Origin: Tubiluchus corallicola
Lineage: Eukaryota; Animalia; Priapulida
Assembly (NCBI GenBank): GCA_030141605.1
Contig: JAQGDQ010000117.1
Span: 372,001 to 436,000, forward strand
Length of the DNA: 64,000 bases
Reading direction: 5' to 3'
Positions 39,583-52,154 of this stretch are shown piece after piece. Numbering within the stretch: the first letter of the stretch is position 1; the number at the start of each line of letters is the position of its first letter. Under the pieces are notes generated by a model. The model was not told the DNA's origin, ran no database searches, and worked only from the letters and a program-made list of their open reading frames with translations. The position numbers were made by a program, and so were the translations under genes.

Positions 39583-42500
39583 ATGGATCAACAAAATCAA
39601 GGTTTATTTGGCTCTTACGTGGACCCGTCGTACGGTGGCAAGTAGTTTTCTTAATGAAATATACAGGAACGTGTTTGATTTCACTATAAAGTATAATTTG
39701 TATTGCGATTGTATCTACTCGATTGTGTTGTCTTGCTTATAAGATAAGCAATAAACTCTGAAAAGCCTTGTAAAGTTAGCTTGTGGATATGTTACAAGGC
39801 AAATTTAGTACTGGTCGTACTAGGTTGCAGTACGTCACTTTTATGTAATATAATTTCATATAATAATAGGAATCTGTAGACTGTAGTTCTACATGTATAT
39901 ATTTTTCATTTTGTACTTACCAATGACAATATATATATATATAATGTTAATTGCATATTTGCGCAATAAATTTAATTGAATTGACCAGCTGCATTATAGT
40001 GTTAACGATTTCTACATACATTACTTAGTTTCATACAACTAAAGTAAAAATGTTTTTAGTCTTTGAATGCAAGACATGATGGAAATTTTTAATTCAAGAA
40101 AAACTAAGTAAATCTATCTGAGTACACTTGACACCATGGATGCAAAGGACTTGAAAACTGGGGGGGGGGGGGGTGCAGTGTCCTGGACCTCTCCTAGGAA
40201 ATTTTAAAAAATTGCATCTGAGCATTATGTTGGTTATCTCGTTAGCCACATGTGCTGAGTATTTTTACCATGTAGCAAAAGCAGAGAAGTAATATTGCTA
40301 AGTAAATTATTTATACATAAGGAACTGAGTCTATGGTGATTCCAGACAGAGGTTCGAGATAAAATCTAGGGAAATCATAAATGGCTTAGCGAACAAAGGC
40401 GACCTTTCATTCAAAAGCACTTACAGGAGTCAGTACTAGATGGTTTTTGTTAATTCATAAACATGTATTCCAGAAAGCATTCTAAAATAAGTCTGCTCAT
40501 TATGTTGTGACCTAATAACTGATGTTAGGCATAATTTGTTTTTTTCCAGTTTCTAGAGGTCCATCATCACTTTCTCCGTATCTCAACATTGATCCGTCTT
40601 ATCTGTATCAGGTAAGTGTGTGCCGTGCCCCACTGTACATCTAGAACAGGCTGTTTTATTCAGGATTTTATATCAGTATTTGATACATTATTTTTAAAAA
40701 CTAATCTGTGGTGATTAATTTTAAAATATGTGCCTGCTTGACTTGGTTAAGTGCAGCTGTAATAACAATGAGAAATGTTTAATACTGTGCATTGTTCGAA
40801 CTTTCAGTTTACAATTTTCTCCAAAAATTAATTTTGCTGCTAAACATTTCAGTCCTGGTGTGTGTGTGCTGGATTCCAGCTTATTATTTTTTATAGAAAT
40901 ACATCTGTTGTTCTGCATGACAAAAGCAAGGATTTACTTTATTTTCGAATTATGTCTGTACGACTAAAAAGTGCTCAAAACCCAAAGAAACCCAAAAAAA
41001 GTTGAACCCATATTACTTAGTGGTAGCAGTTTGACTCAAAAAAGTCCAAACGTACAACATTTACATCCCTTCCAGTATGATCCCAGATAGCAAAGAAATA
41101 TTTAGTATTGCTCCATTTTTTACAATATGGGCTCTAATTGAACTTATGTTATTAGTGAAAAATATGTCCTACAATCAAGAAAAGAATTGCGCTAAACGGA
41201 AAATTATAAAACAAATAAGTAAGCCCATCTATAATCCATTACTATCAGCTAAATTAACATTGAATAGGGATGTCACGAATCTGAAATTACCAAATCCGAA
41301 TCTACACCGAATCTCATTTTCATAATAATTTTCAAATCCGGATCGAATCTGAATCTCAGTTTAAAATAATTTTCGAAACCGAATCAAATTCGAATCTCAA
41401 CTTTTCAGATTGTTCTTTCAACCGAATATTTTTCGAATCTATGCAGTTTTCAACCAAATTATAGCAGATTAGTAAGTCAGTAGTGTTTTTCACAAAGATT
41501 ACTGATGGACTGTTTGAGCAACACGTTTGACAGTAATTCTGCAATAATAAAGACTGTAGATGATCTAATTATTTTGTGACCGATTTTTTCTGCTGATGAC
41601 TAACAACACAAAATGATCTGTTAGTTAAAAAATTCCTTGGGGGTGCCTTTACCTACACACGTTGTTCGTGTAATGTAGATGACGAAAAAATTTGGACTTT
41701 TCAGCTGCATCGTGCATTGTTAGCGAAACCACATTCTGTCAAAGTAATAGGAGAAGTCTTAGCATTTTTGTTGAAACTAGCACTTAAATTGTAATGTGAT
41801 GCATGCTTTCGCTTAGGATTTCTTGAGCTGGACACATGCTGAAACTGAATATTTCAAGTATTTGGTGTATTTCAAGTAGGGCAAAATTATCAAAAAAGGC
41901 AGCGATTTCAACATTTTGCCGAAAATGTAAAGGTAAAAGAGCATATAATGCTTTTATAATAAAGCGCTACCGAATTGCCTCTGTAGCCGAAGCTAATCCA
42001 GATTTTTTCGACTGTCTCTGCCGAATCGGGTCGGATCTAAGACAACTTACAACATCAGCGAATCGAATCTGATCGAAGCTCGGGTTTGGTTTCGAACCTC
42101 CGGAGCTTTGTAACATCCCTAAATCACTATATATCCTATCTGAAACACTCAAAAATTTTAAGCAAATTGCAAAGCAGTTTTCATTGCTGAGAAAATCTCT
42201 CAGTGTTCCAGAATTCACTCTGGAATAAGAAAGTCTATATCGTGTGTGAATGTACAAGCCGAGATCACGTGTTCTTCAGCACTTCTCCGCATTTGCACAG
42301 TCAATCGTGTCATGCCTCACAGATCCAAAGTTCCTTAAAAGTTGCCAAGCTTGATTAGTTATAACTTATAATTTTTGATTTGCTCTTTACATACAGGGTG
42401 GCAGCCCAGAGTTTATATTTCCAGAAGGAGCTAGTCACAAAAGAGGTCGATTTGAACTGGCTTTCTCACAAATTGGTGGATCTGTTATGACAGGTATTGC

Positions 42501-45500
42501 TAACTATTTATAATGCTTTTTCTCTTGGTCGTCATTTGCTAGCCTTCATGCTGCTTGGAATTTCATTAAGGTTTAAAAGCTAAAATAATTTTGAATTAGA
42601 AGTCCTATAATATTTATGTAACATTATTGGCGCTCGAAATTTCAACCATGTAATACTTATACTATTGTTGCTAGGCTGCAACTTTGTATTGTTTCAAAGA
42701 GCGTAAATTAAAGACGCATTTTTGTGTTGTCATTTTCTGTAATTAAATATTTATTTAAAAAAACAGGGTAAGTTTTCACATCCTGTCCTACTTTGCGATA
42801 AAAAGCATACATTTTAACACCTATTGTAATGCACAAACGTTCCACAAGCGTTTTGCAAAAGCGAAAATTGAAGTATGCATTACTGTACAACATTCAGTGT
42901 GATACACAAAAACTCGGCAAACATTAAGTCTAAAAATTTAAATTTCAAGTTTACTGCTGTATTCTTGCATGCGTTCTCAAATGTGTGTGTTACGATACAT
43001 CTGGGATGTATAGCACTTGTTTTTGCGCAACACATTTCCGAGATGCTGGCGCTAGTGTCAATCTAATTAGCAAATGGCAAGATTCGTGTAAAAACGAATA
43101 TTTAGCAGCTGAATACGAAATTAGGCTTCTGTGATAATAATACTTGCATGTAAATTATTGTTAAAGAAACAATGTTTCCTTTTCAATACATTATCGATTA
43201 GGTTTATATTGTGCCCGGTTTTCCATTAACACACAACTGAAGGAATAACAGTATAATTACTCTACTCCCATAAATAATAAATAATAATGATAATTTTTTT
43301 GTAATTATGGTAATAACGATAACTGTGCTCCCATTACAGTAATAACAATATTATTGTACTCCTGTTAAAGTCTACTTCTTTGACTTTAATTTGCAGAGCT
43401 GTTAATAAACAACCGAAATGCATTCTACTTAGTGTGCAATGATTTTTAGAATATCCTATTCTATACTAGTAGATATTTATTGTCGGCATTGCATTAATTA
43501 CGTCTACTTTTCATTTCAGGAGCTTTTCTGGGTGGTCTCAATGGTTTATATGTAGGAGCAAGGGAGACAGCTGTAGCAGGTCAAACTGGTGCTATCCGTA
43601 GAACACAGTAAGCTGCAAATCATCTGTATAATTAATTTCAGTGGTATAGAACGTTATGTGTATGTATATATATATATATATATATACACATAAATACACA
43701 TAATATATGCCAAAAATGGTGCTGTTAGTAGTATAGTTAGTAGTATATACTTATATAGGATATATACTTATATATATATATATATATTGTGTCCTATATA
43801 AGTATATACTACTAATAGCACCATTTTCGGTGATCCGCTTATCAGACAAAAGGTCTCGATTTAGTGTCATCTCATTGGTGGTTTATTTTTCGAATCGACC
43901 CAACTTCCCGATTTTTTCGAAATTTTGTCCGATACCCTGCAGAAAAAACATTTTAACTGTGCCTGATGGAGCTATTGGATGGAGATTTACTGCTCTTTAG
44001 AAAGAGGAGAAACAGGCTTGCAAGGTGATGTGGGATTTTTCAAGGATGGATGCCTCCATCAAGAGGAGTGGCTATGAGTTGATTGGAGATTCCAAAATTT
44101 TTGCTTGGAAAACTGCTAATGCAAAGCCATTGTTCTGAAGTCATTTAATTGTACTCTGTCAATAACTTTGCTTCAACAAAAGCTGCTGGCTTTATGTTAG
44201 GTAAATAAATGAACACTACTTAGGATGCTTGTGCACTATTGCTTATAAGTACATTTATATGCAAAATTTTTTGGCAGGGCCTTTGCTAGTTGCTATATTA
44301 AAATTCACACGCAGGTGGTGTCAGTGGGCGAAATAAAAATTTTGATACACTTTGTCGATACTTTGGTGTAATTGCTGCTAAATTATTCTTGTTACCTGCC
44401 TAATAGTTGGTTATAAAGTTGCACCTCTTACTGCTCCTTAGTTATTGTATTAGTATATATGTTTTTAATATTACTCGCCCTCTGCTTAGTTTGGAAAAGG
44501 AGTCGTGCTAAGTTATGTTGACCAACATCCTAGTGTTGATATTTACCAATAAATTTTTATTGTGCTTAATGCACAGTCAAATCAATTTCCATTTTCCTCT
44601 AATAGAGGCCATGCTTCTTCTGTCTACCTCTTTCTGTTTGTGTTTGTTAATGTTAAATATGCGGGTAATCCTTCTTGTTTCATATAATAGACGATATGGT
44701 AATTCGTACTTTGAACTGTTTGATTTTAGCAAATTGTGCTTTTCGAAATAAAAAATCGTTCCTTTTGTGATTTTATTCCATTGCTTTTCAGAATGTTCAA
44801 CTTTATTACAAGACGTGGTGCTGCAGCTGCCAATGGTTTGGGTTGTATAGCAGTCATGTATAGTGCATTTGGTGTGTTGTTGTCATGGTTACGTGGCACA
44901 GATGATGAACTAAATACTATAGCATCTGGCACAGCAACAGGGTTGCTGTATAAATCATCTGGTATTCTATTTAATTAAATTCATGATACATTAAATCTGA
45001 TTTTTTTCACGTGCCCATAGATAACCGAGATAGCTGTCATCTTGCAAATGCTTTCAAAGGCCCATTTCACACAGGTGATGCACAGAATTGCTCTCTCAAA
45101 ATTGGAAGGTTTTTCAGAAAAAAGTCTATTCTTCCATGATATCACACGTAGCAAAAATGTTCATTTCACACAGAAGGCACAGAATTTGTTATGCGCGTCT
45201 AGCTAGATCTGGCATTCACTACTTTTCAATTAATAGGCTTAACTGTTCATTTTTAACGTAGCCACTAACTGCTTCACAGTATGTGAACATAAATACATAA
45301 TAATTATATGCACTTGTTATTTATTCTTTTTATGTACTGACATAAACGTTAAATAAATGATAAAAAATTTATTCGCTTTTATGAATATAAACATCACTGT
45401 TGCCTCTTGCCCTCTGTGTCTGTGTGAAATTGGCCTAACTGGTTTTATCAGGTCAAACTGCTAGATGAAATCTATGCGCTATACGTGAGCTTTTAAAATG

Positions 45501-46011
45501 TCCATGTATGTGTGCATGTGTATTTTATGCTTGTTTTACCACAACCTATAAGTATAACTCGTGAATTTCTTTCACAAGTGTAGTAAGTCCAAAATCTACC
45601 CAAATTTTAAGATTTTTATAGCACTTAACACTCAAATCGAATTTAAATGTAGTTATTGTAAATTGTTCTGTCTCTAGTCTTACACTATTCATGTTTTTCT
45701 CGTGTATAGCAAACCAGCTATGTAATGTCCAGTACTATAAATTTTCTGCCTTTTACTGAAAATGTACTTTTTTCCTGCCCACATTTGGAACAGAGCAATA
45801 AAAGCACATAGTTAAATAAAGCAATTAGTGTGCTGCTCATATTGTTCTAACATTTACCTTGCTTTAGATGTTCCTTTTGATTTTTTCAGCTGGTTTACGA
45901 AAATGTGCTAGAGGTGGCGCTGCTGGTCTAGGTATCTCTCTCGCCTATTGTTTCTGGACAAGTAAAGATAGACTCAAAGAAATAGTTGGAGCTGACAAGT
46001 TTAGCTTATGA
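39583..46011 (+). CDS. TIMM23: Mitochondrial import inner membrane translocase subunit Tim23, ~197 aa, 6 coding exons
   Basis: Exons: 39583-39637, 40550-40611, 42397-42493, 43520-43607, 44792-44961, 45890-46011. Peptides LSPYLNIDPSYL, EFIFPEGASHKRGRFELAFSQIG, MYSAFGVLLSWLRGTDDELNTIASGTATGLLYKSSAGLRKCARGG. The first donor is ambiguous by a few nt. Confidence 0.94.
40139..40153. repeat. Poly-G tract
   Basis: Run of about 14 G in TIMM23 intron. Confidence 0.8.
41265..42121. mobile_element. hAT-type MITE in a TIMM23 intron
   Basis: tagggatgtcac ... gtaacatcccta TIRs with many cgaatc/ccgaat subterminal repeats. Confidence 0.75.
43712..43827. repeat. Foldback (inverted repeat) with a (TA)n loop
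   Basis: aaaatggtgctgttagtagtata...tacttatatagga pairs with tcctatataagtatatactactaatagcaccatttt. Confidence 0.85.
45059..45435. mobile_element. PIF/Harbinger-type MITE
   Basis: ggcccatttcacaca ... tgtgtgaaattggcc TIRs (1 mismatch), flanks aaa / taa. Confidence 0.72.
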
Positions 46012-47719
46012 TTGTGAATTAGATCTGTAATTAATCCGGTTAGCCATCTATGTAGAAGAGTTTTTATATATTAAGCAAAATCATTCACTGAAATTGGATT
46101 GTTGCAAATAATGATTCCGCATAGCTTTTTGTTAGAAGATTGGTTTTGTCATTTTCTTGTAATGTATTTCCTTACTATAAATGAACCTAAATGCTTGTTC
46201 TATAATAGCAATTAATGGTAGTTCAAAACGAAACATTATTATACACATACTTATAAGCAAATGTTTTATGTCAGTGGCAGTCATTATTGTAAAACTGTGT
46301 AACACGTGCCTCTTTTTATCTAATGCAAGGAAAAAGTGTGTTAGTACATACTAATACTTTTTACATTGCCACTTTGATCATTCTGAGGACCTTTTTAGCC
46401 CTACTGTTATACCGAGTACCTTTATACTGTGATATCAGGTAATCGTAAAATAAAAATTATATGCACACCACATTGCCAAACAGGAAGTAGCTGTTATTTT
46501 TCATTTGTTGTGCAAGTAATAAAAAATTACGTATCCAGAAATTTGTTGTTAGTGATTCATTTGTGGTTAAAGTTGTTTCATGGCTTGCATATTGTTGCCT
46601 TGAGTGGTGTGCTGTATCCCAGAATTAAATTTTCTCTATTCTGTGTCACCTGGATGTATTGTGCGTGTGCATTTTACATCAATGAACCATGCACTTTTGG
46701 TCAATTGCAGTATGTTCTTTCTGTTAACATTTCAAGGAATATGTAATTTAAAAATTCTGATCTGCAATGCACAATGTATTATACAGAGTAGAGTATAATG
46801 ATGGTAAAGATTGTCTGATGCTTTAGTTACAAGATGCCATCTGGAGGTTAAAATCTAAAATAGTTAGTCAGTTGTTTCTGCCCTTTTTGGACATGGATGG
46901 CACTTGCTTTGTTGGTTTGTGTACATTACAGAAAGTGTTTCACAGAAAATTTTTGTCATAGAAAAACCATTTTCCAGAACAATGACATCTGTGACGTCAC
47001 ATCGCGTAATATTTAAGTGCGCTTTAAAAACTCTGTATAGTGTGAATTACATTTTCTGTGAATTTTGTTTCTATAAAAACTTTCCTAGGAGAAACTCTGA
47101 AAGCTCTGCTAGAAACGATTGAGTCTACACCCTTTGGGTTGCTGCAAGAGAAATATTGCAAAGGTGTTAATAATTAAAGCTGGCGTGAGTTAATGGCCAC
47201 ATTCTTTATCGAGATTATATTAATGTAACAGTTGCCCTATTTTGCATTACATACCAGCATTTCATTCATTGTAATTATGTGTTGCTTGTACAAACTGCCC
47301 ACCAAGATTGTTCACCTGCAACATTTTCTCGGTATGAAGAATTTAATTTCTATAGATTAATAGAGCGCCACAGATTTTTATTTCTGGTTAATTGTAACGC
47401 ACGTTGAAAGTTGTGTATTTCGTGCTCTTACAATTTTGCACGCATGTATACTTTGTTTGACGAGGGAAAGACCAAAAGTCACAAAATGCGGGTAGGAATT
47501 TGCCATATTGCGGAAATGTTACACTAGCAGAAATCAGCAGAAAGTAGCGATTTTTCTGCATAAAAAGAAATAAGACAAAATGTAGAATTTTTCACCATGC
47601 GAACGAATGAATAGTACTCACTCTGGTTAATAAAACTTTCTTCTTTTGCTGCGATTGCCAACTGACAAAACAGCGACCATGATGTGCGGTACGTAGCCTA
47701 CCTGCCAGCAGCTACGGCC

Positions 47720-50003
47720 TGTTACAACTGATAATGTAATACACGCCCGATGACTCCCAAAGCGCATAATGTAGTAACCCGAAGTTTAACGCATATTGTA
47801 ACACTACAAAAACGCGTATTATAATAAAATAATTCTAACTGATTTAAGCAATAACTAGCTGAAGTAATGTTGCTTCGTACCAGTGGTGTAGGGTTGTGGC
47901 AATGGTATCCTCCCATTTCGACACTTGACAGTTCGCCACTACGACGATTAGCCTCTATTAAGGTTCGGTACTATTACGATTCGCCACTAGTACATGTCGC
48001 CACTATTACGGTTCATCACTAGTACGATACGCCGTTAGTACAGTTCCCCAGTAAAATTTCTTTGCTATATGGTATTTCCTTTTCCTTTAAGTTCGCCACG
48101 AGTACGGTTCGCCAGTGGTATGGTTCGCCACTGGTACATTTCACCAGTAAAATGTTTCTCCTATGTTAAAACCTTATCCATAAACAAATTATTTTTGTTC
48201 GCCAGTGGTATAGTTCGCCAGAATTAACATTCTTTTTTGTTTTTGTGTGGCTCCAACTCATAAATCTCCCCCCCCCCCATACGCGGGCACCAAAACTGAA
48301 TGAAGATAATAGATGTCCAGTACTGTACGACCCTATAACGAAAGGCTCATAGTAGGCCACAACTTTCAGATGTCAGTTCCTCGCCATTTTGTTTACGTTA
48401 GTAAATGCTAGCAAGTGTAGGAATAAATGGGCCGCAGCGGTGCAACCTTTTATAGGTGGCATCTGCATTACACCTCGTTGGACAGACAATCGACAGGACC
48501 AGCCATCTTGGTATGTGGTGCTTCTATCTTGAGTTATAGAAGCGAAAAGTTAAACAACGGTAACATTAAATTTTAGCTGCTTTCGACGCCCTGTGACCTA
48601 TAGATGTGACAGGGCGGGGACGGGTCATTATGAAGTGTTAGTCACGTGATTCCGAAAGGCTTCTTTCAAGAATTATGGCTTCCCAAGTGTGGTGATATCA
48701 ATACTCTTGTAACATATATTTTTCATAGTACCAACAAGGTTGTGGAGAACGGCCTTAGTGACGTAACTCTTGTTAGGTATCAGTTGTGAGCCACTTCATT
48801 GGACAGACAACTGATAGGACTACGACCACTGGCCACCACCTCGGTAGGCGATTATTTTGCCTTGCGTAATATAAGTGTAAAGTTAAACAATGTTGTCTTA
48901 AAATTTTGGACATCGACTGCCTGAAGGCACACAGAGGCCGAGTGTAGGCCTTTATTAAATACCTCCCCCGAGGTGAATGATTACGAGTCAGTTCCAGGTT
49001 CATTTCGAGGAATTCCTCCAATGGAAAACTATGTCTATAACTTTTGTTTACGTATAGCCCTAAACACTAAAGTAGGATCGTCGCAAACGGTAGATTATAA
49101 GTCTGTTTTACAAACAAATCTATATAAAATTTATTATTTATATAAGTATATTTTTGGGTGTTTGTTGATTGTAATGGGGTTGATGGTAAGGCGTTGAAGA
49201 TGGTCGTGATGCCACTGAGATGAGGCGCTAAAACCAGGCTGAAGGGGGTTTACGTTTTCGGCGCGACTATCTGAAAATGTCTAAAAGTCCAACAATCGAC
49301 AAACACGTGCCAAAGGCTCACCAAACAGTCGCAAAATGTTCGCGGGTGTTCGCCATTTTCGTCAAAAGGTGGTTGGCTTCGGAAAAAATTAAAAATGTAT
49401 AAAGTTTGTAGTCGGATTCGCAAAACTTACCACTTCACCTTAGTTGTCCCTCGCCTTCTTTATTCGAAAATTCCATGACATTGTCTTGAAATGATCGCAA
49501 CATACTCGACAAAGCGAAGTGTTGCCGAAGTTGCAAACAAGTAGCTCGAATTTCGTGCGACATTCTCGTGATTTTCACTCGAGAAAAAAGCCCGTATTTC
49601 GCAAAAATGTGTTGAACTTCGCACGAATGATTTGCGACAAAACGCAATCGGCGGAACTTTTTAACAACTGAAACCCTAGCATAATCATGAGCACCATGTT
49701 CATATTCGAAAAAATAAAAATTACTTTACTATGTATATAAGAAAATTGTACCAAGTAATATTAACTTTGCTAGTTATTACATTATTGGTTCGAATTTTTG
49801 TTATTACATTGCGCGTTGCTGTGACGCTGCAGGGTTATTACATTATGCCTTTTTGGGGTCTTACATTGTTTATGCGTTAAGTTTTTTGTTACATCAGTTT
49901 ATCACATTATGCGTTGATTTATTGCATTAATGATTAAGCGTTGATTTTTATTACATTATGCGTTGAATTTTTGTTATTACGTTATCGGGCGTTAGTTGTA
50001 ACA
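47720..50003. mobile_element. Probable composite non-autonomous DNA element with TGT...ACA ends and nested repeats
   Basis: tgttacaact...acgcccgat at the left is mirrored by atcgggcgttagttgtaaca at the right. cataatgta / ttattacattatgcg subterminal repeats; imperfect 5-bp flanking duplication cggcc / cgacc. Confidence 0.5.
47930..48220. repeat. ~17-bp degenerate minisatellite (gttcgccactagtac core)
   Basis: More than ten degenerate copies of the gttcgccac/gttcgccag core. Confidence 0.8.
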
Positions 50004-52154
50004 CGACCTAATTTTTAATATTCTACGCAGGCATGTACTAGAATAATTCATTGTTTACCTGGGAAATGAATATATATTTATAGTTTTTCTTGTTAAATGC
50101 TGGTTAGTGGTCATTATTGTGTCTTACAATAAACTCGTTGTTGTCCATGGGACTGATGTCTTCACCCAGCTAGAGGTTACCGGGGCTGCGTCAAGATTTG
50201 TCACCTAAATACCTCGTCTAGTGAAACTAATTAAAAAATTCGTCAGTGAGATCACAAAGGCACGAGGCCCTGTGTTGCTAAGCTCGAAAACGGCTACTCG
50301 ATTCGTTGTTTACACACAAAAATGGAAATTGACAGGTGCATAGACCTAAAAAATGAAAAATTTGAATCTGAATCCGCTTAAAGTCAAATTAGAAATTATA
50401 TCTACGTCTTAAACGCTATTCTGAAAACTATAGCGACAACTTTATGTATCTCGTTTTTAATACCACGTGTTAAAAGAATCTAGAATATTGAATTGATCCT
50501 GTTGTAGCTCATTATTTTAGAGTGATGACAGTGAGTACCTATAAATAGCTGACTCTGTTTCAAGAGCAAATATCGTCATGGTTATGGTATCCAAACCTGT
50601 GCAAAGTTTCCTTCAGAAGATGCCTCTTTCTGGTTGATTTTTTTCTGCCTAATAATTTAGTCAATAAAGTCTTCTTTTTTGTAACATAATCTGTATCTGA
50701 CTGTTAATGAAAATTGCTATCCGCGTGAGTGTTTGCCAAGACATCTTTGTGTCGTTCATTTTAATAAATTAGAATTAATATCAATCTGGTTGAATGCCTG
50801 GTTGCAATAATTTTATTGGGTAGGCTCACGAATTTAACAAGTTGTCATAAACAATACAAACTTGAATTGCCTTTAATTTTTATAACTTTCTCTTAACATT
50901 TTTTTCAAGATTTAGGATTGTTTATTCATTGCTTTAAATATTAAAGTTTATATTAATATTTAAGTTTCAAATGTTAAAGCACTGAATTTTTCAATTATCA
51001 TTTATAGATCTAAGTTAGAAAGTACCCAAACTCGATAGCTATTTGTTTGCTTGCGTAAAAAGTATATGTACAATGAAATCCATGAAATCTCTGTCCATCT
51101 CAGTGTTAGAATGTTTATACGTAGGCCTATACCTACATCAATGTGAGGTCAAGATTCTCAAGAAGCGTTCTCTTCGTGTGAGCTTAACCTATTATCATAA
51201 CCATCTTCATAGTCCTACTTCTGTAACTTAAACATAAACTAAACCGTAGAAAAGTAAATACATCTAATCAAAATCGAAATCAATGTTCTCAATAAATCTC
51301 GATAACATCGGACGTATGACAAGTATCATGACTTCAACTTGCAGCAAAAGATGTGCAAAAAGGATGTATACACATACGTGCGGATGCGGCGACGGCATGC
51401 GCGAATCGCGTGAAAAGTCCGGCAGTTACAGTTCAGCTAGTGACAACGATTACCGACTGCGGAATGCGGCAACGCAGGTTCTGTTTTTTGTTAATTTTCG
51501 CTTATCAAGGAGTAAACAACGCGCAGTTTTTAGCGCGTAAAGTAAGTTTTTTGTATGATTTTATTTTTGACACACACTCATCGCGTTCTTGCTTTACGAA
51601 TTTTTTTACGTGAATGCGTAATGGATACAATTCTAGGAGTAGTGTTCGTTCTCGCAAAATCGGACGCATGTGAATGTTTCGCCGCGTCGATAAGCGAATC
51701 GTACATTCCGCAGCTACCGTCGCCACATTAACACCGTTGCCGTATGTGCTTGTAATATACATGCCTCATATTAAGCTTTTCTTATAAACTATAAGTTTTG
51801 GTGATTGTATGCACGCTTGGCTAATTGAAAAATGTTTTAATTGCATTCTAATTAGCTCTTACTTTCTATATGTAGGTAACACACACGCACAGTGTAGGTA
51901 GCATGTTATAATTGTCGTTGTCTGAAAGCAGCGTCACCTTTATTGAACTCAGGTGAGTGGATGTCAAGCATGTCATTGGAAATTATATAATGACCAAGTG
52001 CTGATATAACTGACTTGACGGGCTGTTCATTTAGAATTAGGTGTTGTGATGATGAGTAGAAGTAGCGCAAAAATCTGTTATTTCTCTAACTAATCTATAA
52101 CGTCTTTTGGTTGCTCTTCAACTGTTACGCTTTTAAAATTTTAAAATTGTTATA

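Noticed and set aside
50540-51952. TATA at 50540, short ORF at 50578 and donor at 51953 as extra exons or a third paralogue
   Set aside because: No signal peptide, no GExxYIG motif and no consistent exon chain could be built.
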